A stretch of DNA of 64,000 nt, taken from the IMG/VR virus record IMGVR_UViG_3300021093_005143; one strand, 5' to 3'. Position numbers and translations under genes: made by a program. Each line of letters starts with the position of its first letter. The stretch's first letter is position 1. Origin of the DNA: a virus. The notes beneath the pieces were generated by a model. The model was not told the origin of the DNA, searched no databases, and worked only from the letters and a program-made list of their open reading frames with translations. Shown here piece after piece: positions 9,856 through 19,961 of this stretch.

Positions 9856-10481
9856 TCTTTTTCTTGAAACTTAGAAACTAATTTCTTAATCAAATTCATT
9901 AGAACCGCACCAGTCACAACCATTACACCAGAGGCCACGAGTCTTTTACCAATCAATTGAATGAGTGCTTTGGTGTCATCGGCACCAACAGATAAGTGAT
10001 ATAGATCCTCTAATATTGGTAAAATGAATGCATATGACATTGTATTAATCATACTTGATGCAGTTAAACCCAACATCATTATAAAATTACCGAAAGATAC
10101 TCTCAATTCATCAGCTTTTAATCGTACGAGCTCGAATTCACTATCAAGATTCTTATCTGATATTTTCTTGTATAAACTTTTTAATCTCTTTTCGTTGTCA
10201 TAATAAAAATGAGCAACAGCCCCGAGGGCAAGAAGTGAAATTTCTTGATCACTGAGATTTGGTATGTTACCCTCTATCCAAGACTTGAGGGGACCAATCA
10301 TACCACCGAGAGAAGCACCCCAAGTCAAAAGGAATGAGAAGTTCAACTTGTAAACCGAAGCAACGTCATCTATGACCTTCTTGCTGATTTTGTTAAGTTC
10401 TTTCATATTTTCACTGAATCTCTCTTTTAAAGATTCACTAATAATTAATTGAACTTGAGACTCGGATAACAAATAATTCAT
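9852..10481 (-). CDS. hypothetical protein with hydrophobic helices
   Basis: 209-aa ORF, N-terminal LLSESQ motif, TATTTAT upstream. Confidence 0.7.
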   Translation of the reverse strand: MNYLLSESQVQLIISESLKERFSENMKELNKISKKVIDDVASVYKLNFSFLLTWGASLGGMIGPLKSWIEGNIPNLSDQEISLLALGAVAHFYYDNEKRLKSLYKKISDKNLDSEFELVRLKADELRVSFGNFIMMLGLTASSMINTMSYAFILPILEDLYHLSVGADDTKALIQLIGKRLVASGVMVVTGAVLMNLIKKLVSKFQEKD

Positions 10482-10515
10482 ACAAACAATAAATACTTGA
10501 ATTATATTTATTAAA

Positions 10516-11124
10516 ATGATGAATCCGAAATTAAAAGAAGGAGACAGAATAATCTGTTATCATATGGAAGGGGAATTAGGCGTTCCTCCAGGTACGAAAG
10601 GCACTGTAAGTGGAGTATCAAGAGATCCATTTGAGTCCTCTGACGGTCAAGAAATCATCAGAGTCAACTGGGATAATGGTAGTCGATTGTCGTTACTAAC
10701 CGCAACTGATTTTTGGAAACTTGATAAGGAAAAAGTAACTGAATCAGTAAAAGAACCACCTGAATATTCCGCATTCAAAAAATCCAATGAAATTTTTGAA
10801 AATTTCGATTGGAGATATCTCAGAGATTTTTTGGTTGCTGTAAGAGAAGCGGGGCCAGTCAATATGTTAGAAGCCGGTCCTTTTTTAATTGGAGGTAAAG
10901 AATGGATCGATAGATACTTCGGTGAGGGTAGAGAAGATGATCCTAAATTTCAAAAGGTTTTAGATATGGCAGAGCGTGCAAGAGATATAATGATTGCTGG
11001 TACTGTAAAATATTTGGATAAAAATAAGGAAGGATGGGAAATTGAAGATGCTCAACGTTATCTCAGAGAATTTGCCAAAAAGATGATGAACATTTACATT
11101 AGTTTTCCCCTACCTAACCGTTAA
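10516..11124 (+). CDS. DUF4314-like plus DUF5049-like fusion
   Basis: VPPGTKGTV...VNWDNGSRLSL; VREAGPVNML. Confidence 0.6.
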   Translation: MMNPKLKEGDRIICYHMEGELGVPPGTKGTVSGVSRDPFESSDGQEIIRVNWDNGSRLSLLTATDFWKLDKEKVTESVKEPPEYSAFKKSNEIFENFDWRYLRDFLVAVREAGPVNMLEAGPFLIGGKEWIDRYFGEGREDDPKFQKVLDMAERARDIMIAGTVKYLDKNKEGWEIEDAQRYLREFAKKMMNIYISFPLPNR

Positions 11125-12326
11125 ACAAAACACTCGGGAATATCCTCCCACTTCGTTGTATATTTTTTTGTTATAAATTCTTGTTTCATCTCCCATTTTT
11201 TTTCTGTGTTAGATGGTGGAGATACCATTTGAAGAGATGATTGGAATAACGTAATCTGATGTTGATTAGAGGGGGTTAATTCTGAGAATACAATACCACA
11301 TTTTTTATAAGATTTGTCTTTTTTGAACAGTTTACGTAGTTCTGGATAGACTTGAGCCCATATCTCCTCAGTATCACAAGTCGCTTTTTGAAAAGAGACA
11401 CTTTTATAATAAGAATGTGTTTGTCCTTTATGTTTATTACCCGACACAAATATGGTGGCTTTTTTGGCTTCCAAAGAGTCATCTTTGATTTTTCTTAGTC
11501 CGTTTTGAATATAGACATACATTGCTTCGGCAATTTGAGAAAAGTCATCTACGTCCTGTCCAAAAGATCTGGCAGAAGCAACGTTCTTTTTTGTTTTAGG
11601 TGTTGTTACAATAGGATTACAATAATGTCCAAGAAGTTCATATTTGGTACGAAGACCAAGAATTGACATGTTTTTTCTAATCCACCCATCAGTTGAGTTG
11701 ACAAACTGACCAACGCTATCCACACCAATAGAATTTAATTTCTTTTTCCATTTTCTACCAATACCCCAAACTTCACCAACGTCAATACCATAATACATAT
11801 TTCTTACTTCTTCAAGATCCCAAAAAGAACACACTCCTTTATAATTTGAGTTTTGTTTTGCAATATGTGAGGTGAGTTTTGCAAGAGTTTTGTTTGGACC
11901 AACCCCAATCGAAACAGGGATACCAATTCTTTTTTTAACATCTTCTCTGATGATGTGGAGAAAGTCCATCATATCCTTTTCTTCAACATGAGAAACATCA
12001 ATAAAAGATTCATCAATTGAATATATTTCAAGAGAAGATACGTGTTCTCTAATCACACTCATAACACGATCGGACATGTCACCATAAAGATTATAGTTGG
12101 AGGAATAAACACAAAATCTATGTTCGTCCATAAATTCTTTTTTTTGAAAGAAAGGTTCTCCCATTTTTATTCCTAAATCTTTTGCTTCTTGAGATCTAGC
12201 AATTACACAACCATCGTTATTTGATAATACAACTGTAGGACGACCAGTTGAAACAGGATTGAATACTCTCTCACAACTAACATAAAAATTATTACAATCT
12301 ACAATACCAATTTTTTTGGATATCAT
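11121..12326 (-). CDS. umuC: Y-family DNA polymerase, UmuC-like
   Basis: VDCNNFYVSCE, VVLSNNDGC, YSIDE, NKTLAK, C-terminal W-M...YTT-W. Confidence 0.93.
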   Translation of the reverse strand: MISKKIGIVDCNNFYVSCERVFNPVSTGRPTVVLSNNDGCVIARSQEAKDLGIKMGEPFFQKKEFMDEHRFCVYSSNYNLYGDMSDRVMSVIREHVSSLEIYSIDESFIDVSHVEEKDMMDFLHIIREDVKKRIGIPVSIGVGPNKTLAKLTSHIAKQNSNYKGVCSFWDLEEVRNMYYGIDVGEVWGIGRKWKKKLNSIGVDSVGQFVNSTDGWIRKNMSILGLRTKYELLGHYCNPIVTTPKTKKNVASARSFGQDVDDFSQIAEAMYVYIQNGLRKIKDDSLEAKKATIFVSGNKHKGQTHSYYKSVSFQKATCDTEEIWAQVYPELRKLFKKDKSYKKCGIVFSELTPSNQHQITLFQSSLQMVSPPSNTEKKWEMKQEFITKKYTTKWEDIPECFV

Positions 12327-12545
12327 GACATAAACTCTTTGTCAAAGATGATAATTACCTTTCCCGAATTATGCACGGTGGCGTAATATTCAAATTTGTG
12401 GTGATTTAAAATTTCACAAACTCTATTTTTCATAAATTCAGACTTGCCCGTTATAACACAAAGGTAACTCTTTTTAATTTAATAACACAAAATTTTTAAC
12501 CCTATCTTGAATATTTTGACGATAATAATGTAATTTTATAGCTTC
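12323..12545 (-). pseudogene. disrupted Smr-domain-like gene
   Basis: KLHYYRQNIQDRVKNFVLLN*KELPL, then in a shifted frame VITGKSEFMKNRVCEILNHH...; in-frame stop plus frameshift. Confidence 0.5.
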
Positions 12546-12602
12546 TTTCCATTCAATTGTTATTGATACTAGAATTTAAGATATAATTTCATCAATCATA
12601 AA

Positions 12603-13160
12603 TTATTTTAACAATCTACCTGAACCTATAAATTCTTCTTTGTAGATTGGTTCATCTATTGAATTAATCCTTACTCCATCATTTCGTTTTGATGCATGTA
12701 TAAAAAAAGAATTGCCAATATAGACCCCTGTATGCCAACTTGATTGAGAAAGTTTATTTCTGAAAAACACTAAGTCCCCACAACTCAAGAAATCTTTCGA
12801 AATTCTTAGGGTTTGTTCCCATTGTTTTTGCGCAGTATTTTCTAAATCTAAATTGTAAACATCTTTGTATAAACGTATGTTAAATTGTGTACAATCAACT
12901 CCTCTTCTATTTGTACCCCCCAATCTATAAGGTGTACCAATCCAATTTTCCATAAACCTATAAAGATTTGGATAAGCTTGTAAACTATAAAGGTCTACAT
13001 CGTCAAACGTAGTGTAACTTTTATTGGTGTATTCGTTATTTTCAAATTTTGTAGGAAACTTATTTTTAATTTGTTTTTCAGTTTGAGAAAAAGTTGAAAA
13101 TTGTACTGAGAGTATAAATCCGATAAATAAAAAAAACTTTTTCACATGAGGAAGAGTCAT
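12603..13160 (-). CDS. NlpC/P60 cell-wall peptidase
   Basis: GTPYRLGG...GVDC...GDLVFF...HTGVYIG...FIHAS; signal peptide. Confidence 0.9.
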   Translation of the reverse strand: MTLPHVKKFFLFIGFILSVQFSTFSQTEKQIKNKFPTKFENNEYTNKSYTTFDDVDLYSLQAYPNLYRFMENWIGTPYRLGGTNRRGVDCTQFNIRLYKDVYNLDLENTAQKQWEQTLRISKDFLSCGDLVFFRNKLSQSSWHTGVYIGNSFFIHASKRNDGVRINSIDEPIYKEEFIGSGRLLK

Positions 13161-13222
13161 ACAAATAAATATGAAATTATTTTTAATAGATGGGGGAAAT
13201 ATTCTCTTTATTCAATTGATTG

Positions 13223-13969
13223 TTAATTGACTTTATTTATTTTGAATTCTTTGAAAAATTCAGGATAACTTTTTTTGTAACCACTCATTGTTTCCTTCTG
13301 AAAATTTATATCCTCTGCCATCCAATACCAATAAAGACTTTTATCTGCTTTGAAACCATAATATTTGTGAACCTCATATTGAAGCTCACAAATTTTATCG
13401 GCACCTTCATGTTGTCCAACAATTATCATACCTGAGGTGATATCTTTTATGATGTTAGATTCCCCCAAAGGGATGTATCGATTATTAATCCAATTCAGTC
13501 TCTCTATTAGTTTTTGGTAAAACATGTTTGTTTGACCCCATCTCACAGAACAAAAAAAGATAACACAATCAGATTCAAACAACTCCTTGGAGATTTTCCA
13601 CAACTCATCATCAGGATTATTCAACGAAGCCCAACATCTGTGATAACCTGATGGATTTTTTTCTTTGTTTTTGAGAAGAGCCTCTTTGAGACCACACCTG
13701 TTCCCTTCCTCTAAAGACACATTACCTTCACATGGGTAGATATTGAGGTCGGGTACATTTATTATTGTTACATTGTTGGAGTTTTCAGCAATTACCTCCG
13801 CCAATATGGTTGATTTTGGTGTTTGTTTTTTTTCGATTTCTTTCGCTCTATTTGAACAAGTCAGAAATAATATTTTTTCGAATTTTTCAAGTTTTTCTAT
13901 AGTTGCGTCAATCTGTCTGTAGTTCGCGTCCTTCATATAATTAAATATCACTTGATAACCACTCCTCAC
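13223..13969 (-). CDS. flavodoxin-like NADPH-dependent FMN reductase family protein
   Basis: LTCSNR, IYPCEG, SDCVIFFCSVRWG, KLIERL. Confidence 0.75.
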   Translation of the reverse strand: MRSGYQVIFNYMKDANYRQIDATIEKLEKFEKILFLTCSNRAKEIEKKQTPKSTILAEVIAENSNNVTIINVPDLNIYPCEGNVSLEEGNRCGLKEALLKNKEKNPSGYHRCWASLNNPDDELWKISKELFESDCVIFFCSVRWGQTNMFYQKLIERLNWINNRYIPLGESNIIKDITSGMIIVGQHEGADKICELQYEVHKYYGFKADKSLYWYWMAEDINFQKETMSGYKKSYPEFFKEFKINKVN

Positions 13970-14558
13970 CCTCCCAATATTCGGAGCCTAACAACTGAAG
14001 TTTGTGTGGAAACAAATCTTTGTATCCCTCAAATATGTATAAATATTTTTTACCGAGTTCCTTTCCGTAGTTTGATAGAAGATAAATTGAGTTAAACCCT
14101 AAAGAGTATTTTGGTAATCCATTTTTGTATCCACTTTCAAATCCTAAAAGTGATTTATTGAAAACCATAAATCTAGTGTAGGCAACAATTTCTGAATTTA
14201 GTTCTACGGACATAATTTTCAGTTTGTAGTTTTCAGAATTGTATTTATAAAATTCATTCATATCGAATTCTTTATCTGCGAAGAAATTTATGAAGAAAGT
14301 ATCTATTTCTTTTTGGCCACAATAATCAAAGAAATTACATTTTAATTTAGGTAATATTTTAGTTTGTTTTTTTCCAAACACTATTTTTTCTGAATTTATA
14401 CGAATGCTTTGTGATTGGTACCAAAAACCACGTGTGGTGGGCAACCAACCATTTTCTAAAAGAGTATCTTCACTTTCTCCTTCAGGTAAAGCCCATACTT
14501 CACAAAAAACTTTGTCACCAACTACATGACCGTGAGTATTATCGAATATTATTTTCAT
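13941..14558 (-). CDS. ATE1/Bpt-like aminoacyl-tRNA--protein transferase (GNAT fold)
   Basis: LLENGW...WYQ; KYSLG...GKKYLYI..GY resembles ATE_C. Confidence 0.55.
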   Translation of the reverse strand: MKIIFDNTHGHVVGDKVFCEVWALPEGESEDTLLENGWLPTTRGFWYQSQSIRINSEKIVFGKKQTKILPKLKCNFFDYCGQKEIDTFFINFFADKEFDMNEFYKYNSENYKLKIMSVELNSEIVAYTRFMVFNKSLLGFESGYKNGLPKYSLGFNSIYLLSNYGKELGKKYLYIFEGYKDLFPHKLQLLGSEYWEGEEWLSSDI

Positions 14559-15252
14559 GGTTTTCGGAGTCCATTTTATCGTAATATTCTGACCGCTCTT
14601 TGTTGGATTCTCCTTTTAATAAATCGGTGTGGTCATAATTCATTATATCGGTATCAGGTGTAACCCAACGTGAATTTCTTTCTGCAGTCCAAAGGGTTGT
14701 ATTATATTTTCTATTGATTACAGTTTCTTGTTTTACTGTAAATGATGGGTCATGCATTTTGAGTCGATTATTAGGTTGAATCGCAAAGTTTCCGTTATCC
14801 ATTGCGATAAAATGACCACATTTATGTTGTGAAGGAAACTCACTAAGCCCAAAATCAGTATCACTCATATCGTTTGAACTTCCCCAATCAAGAGTAAAAA
14901 GATATCTTCCAGAATATTCTACCCTTCGTCTCGAAACAAACTTACAAGTTTTATTTTTTAGAATAGGAAAACAAGTAACTCCAACATGGTAAGTATAGGA
15001 ATCCCATAATACAAGTTCATCTAATTCTTGTTGTTCAGATTCTTCTTTCCAACAAAAAGCATGTATTGGCATTCTCCACCATAGACCCCCGTCTTCCATT
15101 ATAAAATGAAACAACGGTGCTTGTGCTGGTATTGAAGACATACCGAAAATGTAGCAAGGAAACTTTTTATCAAAAGAGTCCTCTTGATTACGTAAAAAAT
15201 TACCACGTATAAAAGCTTCTACTACAGGTGTTGGAGTATTAAGATATGACAT
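14539..15252 (-). CDS. conserved phage hypothetical protein
   Basis: RMPIHAF, YLFTLDW and HKCGH...GNFAIQPNNR motifs. Confidence 0.75.
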   Translation of the reverse strand: MSYLNTPTPVVEAFIRGNFLRNQEDSFDKKFPCYIFGMSSIPAQAPLFHFIMEDGGLWWRMPIHAFCWKEESEQQELDELVLWDSYTYHVGVTCFPILKNKTCKFVSRRRVEYSGRYLFTLDWGSSNDMSDTDFGLSEFPSQHKCGHFIAMDNGNFAIQPNNRLKMHDPSFTVKQETVINRKYNTTLWTAERNSRWVTPDTDIMNYDHTDLLKGESNKERSEYYDKMDSENHENNIR

Positions 15253-15316
15253 ATTTTTTCTCTGATTTTAAAAATTTTTTAGTTAATTATTTTTTTAATT
15301 TGATAAGGGACTTTAC

Positions 15317-16801
15317 TTATTTTTTGTTTGATATTGCAATAACAATAAAAATAATAAAAATTAAAAAAACAAAAATAATATTATTGTTTGACTCCGTTCC
15401 TTCTGAATATTTGTTTATGTAAACAGAATAAACTTTATTTGAAGAAAATGTTGGTTTAAAAGTTTCTCCAGGTTTTGGATATTGATTTGATGTTGCAGCT
15501 GTTGATAAAATTCCTCCGTAAATATATCCTATCAATAAAGAATCTGAATCTTTGTTCATAACTGGTATTTTATCAAAATCTATGATACTGTAATTGTTTT
15601 TGTATTTAGATAAATTATTCGATAACGCAAACACAGATTCTGAACCCATAAACGTTTCAAGCTCTGTTTTATTATAAAATGATTTTACACTATCTAATTC
15701 ATAATTCTTTTCTAATGTTAAAATCTTTTTTGTAAAACTTGCATAAGATGTATCTGAAAAACCATCTACTATTCCGCCCACAATGGTTGTAAACATTTTG
15801 TTGCTTTCTTTTGAATACATTTCAATGTGTGCTGCTGAATAGTGATTTGAAGGTTGTTCAAATGGAGAAACTTTATATGATTTTTCTGATAAATAAATTG
15901 GATGCAAATAAGGTGTTCCATTTTTTTTAGTGAAAACTCCTCCGTAAATACTGATACCAACAGATTTTTTATCTCCCAATATTTCTGGAGCAACAACTAA
16001 ATCTCGTCTACGAAATTGAGTAGTGCTGTCTGGAAGACCATCTGTTATTATTTTTATGGTAGATGGATTTATAGAAATAGAATTTGATTTTTCTATTAAA
16101 TCAAAAACCGTAACATTGTTTCTATATTTTTGTATTGGAGCCGGCAAAGTATCTACATATTCTCCATAATATCTATGTCCAACACAAAGATAGAAACTAC
16201 CATTTTCAAGTCTTATTAATTCCCCGCCAGTAGCACAAACATGAAGGTTCGGATTTGAATCAAAAGCGAATATTGTTTCAAGCATTATATTTTTTCGTTT
16301 AAGAGAAACTCTTTCTATTAACGCAGGTAAATTTATTCTCGAGATAGTACTATCTGTTATGAATTTTGATGAAGAAGATGAACCAGCTTTACCATATCCA
16401 CCACACAAATAAAGAAAATCTCTATATTGGGTTTGTTGCATATTTGTGGTTGCATACTGATTTTGAATTGTTTGTGGCAATTCATAAACACTCATACTAT
16501 CAAGAATATGTGTTTTTGTATCATAGACATATATGTACTTATTAGCTTTTGAATAAGGAAAAGCGGGAGTTGGTTGATTTGGAAAACCGTGAAATCCATT
16601 TGTTCTTCCTCCTAAAATAATCCAATAATCTTTATGCGTGGCAAATGCAAAAGATTGTAATGCAGGAAGATTTTTAAAATCTTTATTTTCTACAATAGAA
16701 AAATTAAATTTAGTTTCTCCTAAATTTCTATTTGAACACATGTAGAAAAATAGGCAAAAAGTGATTGCTAATAAGGTCAGTGTTATAACTGTTTTTTTCA
16801 T
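15317..16801 (-). CDS. membrane-anchored Kelch/beta-propeller-like protein
   Basis: Repeated LGG/CGG/TGG/YGG blades; hydrophobic N- and C-termini. Confidence 0.6.
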   Translation of the reverse strand: MKKTVITLTLLAITFCLFFYMCSNRNLGETKFNFSIVENKDFKNLPALQSFAFATHKDYWIILGGRTNGFHGFPNQPTPAFPYSKANKYIYVYDTKTHILDSMSVYELPQTIQNQYATTNMQQTQYRDFLYLCGGYGKAGSSSSSKFITDSTISRINLPALIERVSLKRKNIMLETIFAFDSNPNLHVCATGGELIRLENGSFYLCVGHRYYGEYVDTLPAPIQKYRNNVTVFDLIEKSNSISINPSTIKIITDGLPDSTTQFRRRDLVVAPEILGDKKSVGISIYGGVFTKKNGTPYLHPIYLSEKSYKVSPFEQPSNHYSAAHIEMYSKESNKMFTTIVGGIVDGFSDTSYASFTKKILTLEKNYELDSVKSFYNKTELETFMGSESVFALSNNLSKYKNNYSIIDFDKIPVMNKDSDSLLIGYIYGGILSTAATSNQYPKPGETFKPTFSSNKVYSVYINKYSEGTESNNNIIFVFLIFIIFIVIAISNKK

Positions 16802-16806
16802 ATTTT

Positions 16807-17913
16807 TTAATTTGACAATGGTGCTTTAATTGTTAGGTGTGATTTGTAGTTTTTTAGAGTAAAGTCATCGATTTTATAGGATGGTAAACAATTATATTCT
16901 GTCCATACTACTTCATCTTCTATCTTGATTGTAGGTAACTCAAATGGTGTTCTAACAATTTGTTCCTTTGCTTGTTCGATATGATTCGAATATAAATGGG
17001 TATCACCGAGGTTTCCAATCAATTCTTCAGGTATCATGTTCACTTCCTTAGCAATTATTTCAAGTAGTAATCCATAGGAAGCAATGTTAAATGGTAATCC
17101 TAAAAATGTATCTACTGAACGTTGATTCCACATTAAAGAGATTGTTCGTTTTGGTATATTGTATAATTGCAATTCTTCACTCAACCCACCACCGAATGGT
17201 ATTAGATCATCGACTGTAGATTTGAATTTTTCTGTACCCATTTTTTGTTCCAATAGTTTCCATCTCTCCTCGCCACTCAATTCTCTTGTATAAACTTGAA
17301 ATCCATAATGACAAGGTGGAAGAACCATTTGGTCTAATTCACCTACATTCCAAGCTGATACCATTAATCGTCTTGAGTCTGGATTTGTTTTAAGATTATA
17401 GATTAGATTAAAAATTTGGTCTGTACCTTCTAAGTAATCTTTATGTTTTTCAATACCCTCAATTACTTTTAATATGTCATGTTGTCCTTCATGAAATCCT
17501 TTCCAACTCCTCCATTGCTTACCGTAGATTGGTCCCAATTCACCCCATTTCTTAGCAAACTCATCATCGGTTTTAATTTTGTTGATGAATTCTTCTTGTG
17601 TCAAACAATATGGGTCAGGTTCTGAATTTTTTAATACCCAGTTTTTATAAGCGTCTCCATCCCAAATATGGCAATTATTATCAACTAAGTATTTAATGTT
17701 TGTATCACCTCTTAAAAACCATAGGAGTTCTGTTACAATCGATTTCCAATGCATCTTTTTTGTTGTGAGTAATGGAAACCCTTCACTCATCTTGTGACGA
17801 ATTTGTCTACCAAAAACTGATATGGTACCAGTTCCAGTCCTATCTTTTTTTTCCACACCTGTACTGAGAATATCTTTCAATAAGGCTTGATAACTTGAAT
17901 CTAAATTATTCAT
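16807..17913 (-). CDS. thyA: thymidylate synthase
   Basis: DRTGTGT, ELLWFLRG, LPPCH, QRSVD, PFNIASY, GDTHLY. Confidence 0.97.
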   Translation of the reverse strand: MNNLDSSYQALLKDILSTGVEKKDRTGTGTISVFGRQIRHKMSEGFPLLTTKKMHWKSIVTELLWFLRGDTNIKYLVDNNCHIWDGDAYKNWVLKNSEPDPYCLTQEEFINKIKTDDEFAKKWGELGPIYGKQWRSWKGFHEGQHDILKVIEGIEKHKDYLEGTDQIFNLIYNLKTNPDSRRLMVSAWNVGELDQMVLPPCHYGFQVYTRELSGEERWKLLEQKMGTEKFKSTVDDLIPFGGGLSEELQLYNIPKRTISLMWNQRSVDTFLGLPFNIASYGLLLEIIAKEVNMIPEELIGNLGDTHLYSNHIEQAKEQIVRTPFELPTIKIEDEVVWTEYNCLPSYKIDDFTLKNYKSHLTIKAPLSN

Positions 17914-18073
17914 AACTTGATTTTATGTGTTCCATTGCTAATTCGAGTGATTCTAACATCGTCATTTTATTATTTTTTTCTCTCAAAAGTCTTGAAAGAT
18001 CTAATACCTGATCACGAATTTTCAACTCATAAGCTTGGTGCAACAACTCATCTATAATTTCTTCGTTTGTCAT
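17906..18073 (-). CDS. small hypothetical protein (55 aa, not in ORF track)
   Basis: MTNEEIIDELLHQAYELKIRDQV...; overlaps both neighbours. Confidence 0.6.
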   Translation of the reverse strand: MTNEEIIDELLHQAYELKIRDQVLDLSRLLREKNNKMTMLESLELAMEHIKSSYE

Positions 18074-18270
18074 GACAAATGTTTATTGTTCCATTCTTCG
18101 ATAATGTACCCTATGTTGTTGCAAAGATAATCCATTTTAGATAACCAACCCAACACATCGTTAACACCTAAATTATAAGATTCCTCAACACATTTTTCAA
18201 CCGATTGTCTGTCTAAAAGTATGTGATGAACAATATTATTTTCAATTATTTTTTCAAGCTCTATTTTCAT
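18070..18270 (-). CDS. hypothetical protein
   Basis: 66-aa ORF in operon. Confidence 0.6.
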   Translation of the reverse strand: MKIELEKIIENNIVHHILLDRQSVEKCVEESYNLGVNDVLGWLSKMDYLCNNIGYIIEEWNNKHLS

Positions 18271-18344
18271 GATTTTCGTTTTTTACATAATGTTTTAAAA
18301 ATACCGAGTTACATTAACACATAACATGTATTATGATACTGATA

Positions 18345-18557
18345 CTATTTTTTAATAATCATATTGGTGGATTGAATACCTAATCTCAATACAGGTAGTT
18401 GTTTTTCGAATTGATCTCTTTGCATAACTTCATAATAACCATCAAGAATTTTCACTGTTGGTGTATTTTCTAATTCTAATAGTATAGTCCCACTCGCAGA
18501 TGGTCCATCATAGAGTTTAACTGATTTTGTTGTTGTGTTGAAAAGTAGTGTTTGCAT
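18345..18557 (-). CDS. hypothetical protein
   Basis: 70-aa ORF. Confidence 0.6.
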   Translation of the reverse strand: MQTLLFNTTTKSVKLYDGPSASGTILLELENTPTVKILDGYYEVMQRDQFEKQLPVLRLGIQSTNMIIKK

Positions 18558-18567
18558 TTTTTGTATT

Positions 18568-18975
18568 TTAAAGTTTAATTTGAAATCTGTTTTTGGTCAG
18601 GTCTATCTTTTCCTCAGATGTACCATGAACATTTTGTTCTACATTAGGACTTTCTACGATTATCGTGTGTATTTTGTATCCATATTTTTTTGCCACTATT
18701 CGATAAAATCTCATTTCAGAGTCTTGTATAAAAGTATTTGACACGATAATATTACGAAAAAAAATCCATCCAAAAATACTCGGATGCATCCAATGTGCAA
18801 TTTTTCTTTTACACAAATTGTGAGCCTCCTGTAATTTTGTAGGATCTAAATTATGGGTTTTGTCTTTAATAAAAAATTGGTCTACTTCAAAAATTTGCCA
18901 TGGTTTACCTAAAGATCTGGCAACGGTAGATTTATCAGGGCCTGGTAAACCCCTTACTAAGTAAAGATTTTTCAT
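18568..18975 (-). CDS. AAA_33/polynucleotide-kinase-like P-loop protein, degenerate Walker A
   Basis: LVRGLPGPDKST; IIVSNTF; NVHG. Confidence 0.7.
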   Translation of the reverse strand: MKNLYLVRGLPGPDKSTVARSLGKPWQIFEVDQFFIKDKTHNLDPTKLQEAHNLCKRKIAHWMHPSIFGWIFFRNIIVSNTFIQDSEMRFYRIVAKKYGYKIHTIIVESPNVEQNVHGTSEEKIDLTKNRFQIKL

Positions 18976-19628
18976 TGGTCTATTTTTAGAAGTTGTTCAA
19001 TGTGATGATCTTTTTGCATCTCAGATAGTTTTTCTCTATGCCGTAACATAGGTATCACTTCAGTTTTTAAATTATAGGGCCTAAATTCAGGATGACCATC
19101 CATACCAACATCCATTCTTTGTCCCATACCAAAACGAAATTGTGTTTTAAGGTGACAGTGACCGTGTAAGTGCATTACACCCTTTGCTAAACCATCCCAA
19201 GATGATATTGGGTAGTGCATCAAGCGTAATTTAAATTGTCCGTACTCGAGTGTATTATAGTTACTAGTGCTCATGAATAATCCCTGACATCCCTCGCGGT
19301 TTTTTTCGATGTGATTGTCGTGGTTTCCGAGGATCAAGTGAATATTTTTACAAACTAATCTACCCGAGAACTCAAGTATTTTTTCAAATCCACCAAATGA
19401 CCAATCACCTAAATGTATTAGAATATCATCTTGACCAACAACTTTGTTCAGGTTATTGACAATTGTTGCATCCATTCTGTCAAGGTCAGGGAAATCGCGG
19501 GTTTGGTTGACAGGAATTTTACCTTCAATCGTTCTCCAGTTCGTTACACCACGACATATGTTTTTGTGATGGTAATGCGTGTCGGAGGTGACCCATACGT
19601 TTGTATCGTAGTCTATTTTTATCATCAC
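18972..19628 (-). CDS. calcineurin-like phosphoesterase
   Basis: SDTH, HLGD, GNHD, HYP and HGHCH motifs. Confidence 0.9.
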   Translation of the reverse strand: MMIKIDYDTNVWVTSDTHYHHKNICRGVTNWRTIEGKIPVNQTRDFPDLDRMDATIVNNLNKVVGQDDILIHLGDWSFGGFEKILEFSGRLVCKNIHLILGNHDNHIEKNREGCQGLFMSTSNYNTLEYGQFKLRLMHYPISSWDGLAKGVMHLHGHCHLKTQFRFGMGQRMDVGMDGHPEFRPYNLKTEVIPMLRHREKLSEMQKDHHIEQLLKIDQ

Positions 19629-19649
19629 AACAAAGGTAATAAAAAAAAT

Positions 19650-19961
19650 TTATTTAGGAGACAGAACCCATGTAATTTTTCCAAAGACGTTTGATTGTCC
19701 TGAAAACTTCCTAACCTTGAAATGGTTGGATTCTGTTAAAACACAAAGATCCCCCACTTCAGGATCATCGGCTTTAGAAACTACCAAGATACTATCAGTC
19801 GTAATACCGAGAGTGGAGGGACCTTTATATTTTAGGTAGAAGGTTGAGTAAACGTCCTCTACTATTAATTCGTTGAGATCTAATCTTTTTGATACATAAG
19901 TTTCAGCAGGAGAAGCAAAACCAGTGGTTCTTGTTTTTACATCTAATGATGATTGTAACAT
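19650..19961 (-). CDS. umuD: UmuD-like S24 family protein
   Basis: TGFASPAETYV...LDLNELIV...TFY; VFGKITW. Confidence 0.7.
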   Translation of the reverse strand: MLQSSLDVKTRTTGFASPAETYVSKRLDLNELIVEDVYSTFYLKYKGPSTLGITTDSILVVSKADDPEVGDLCVLTESNHFKVRKFSGQSNVFGKITWVLSPK

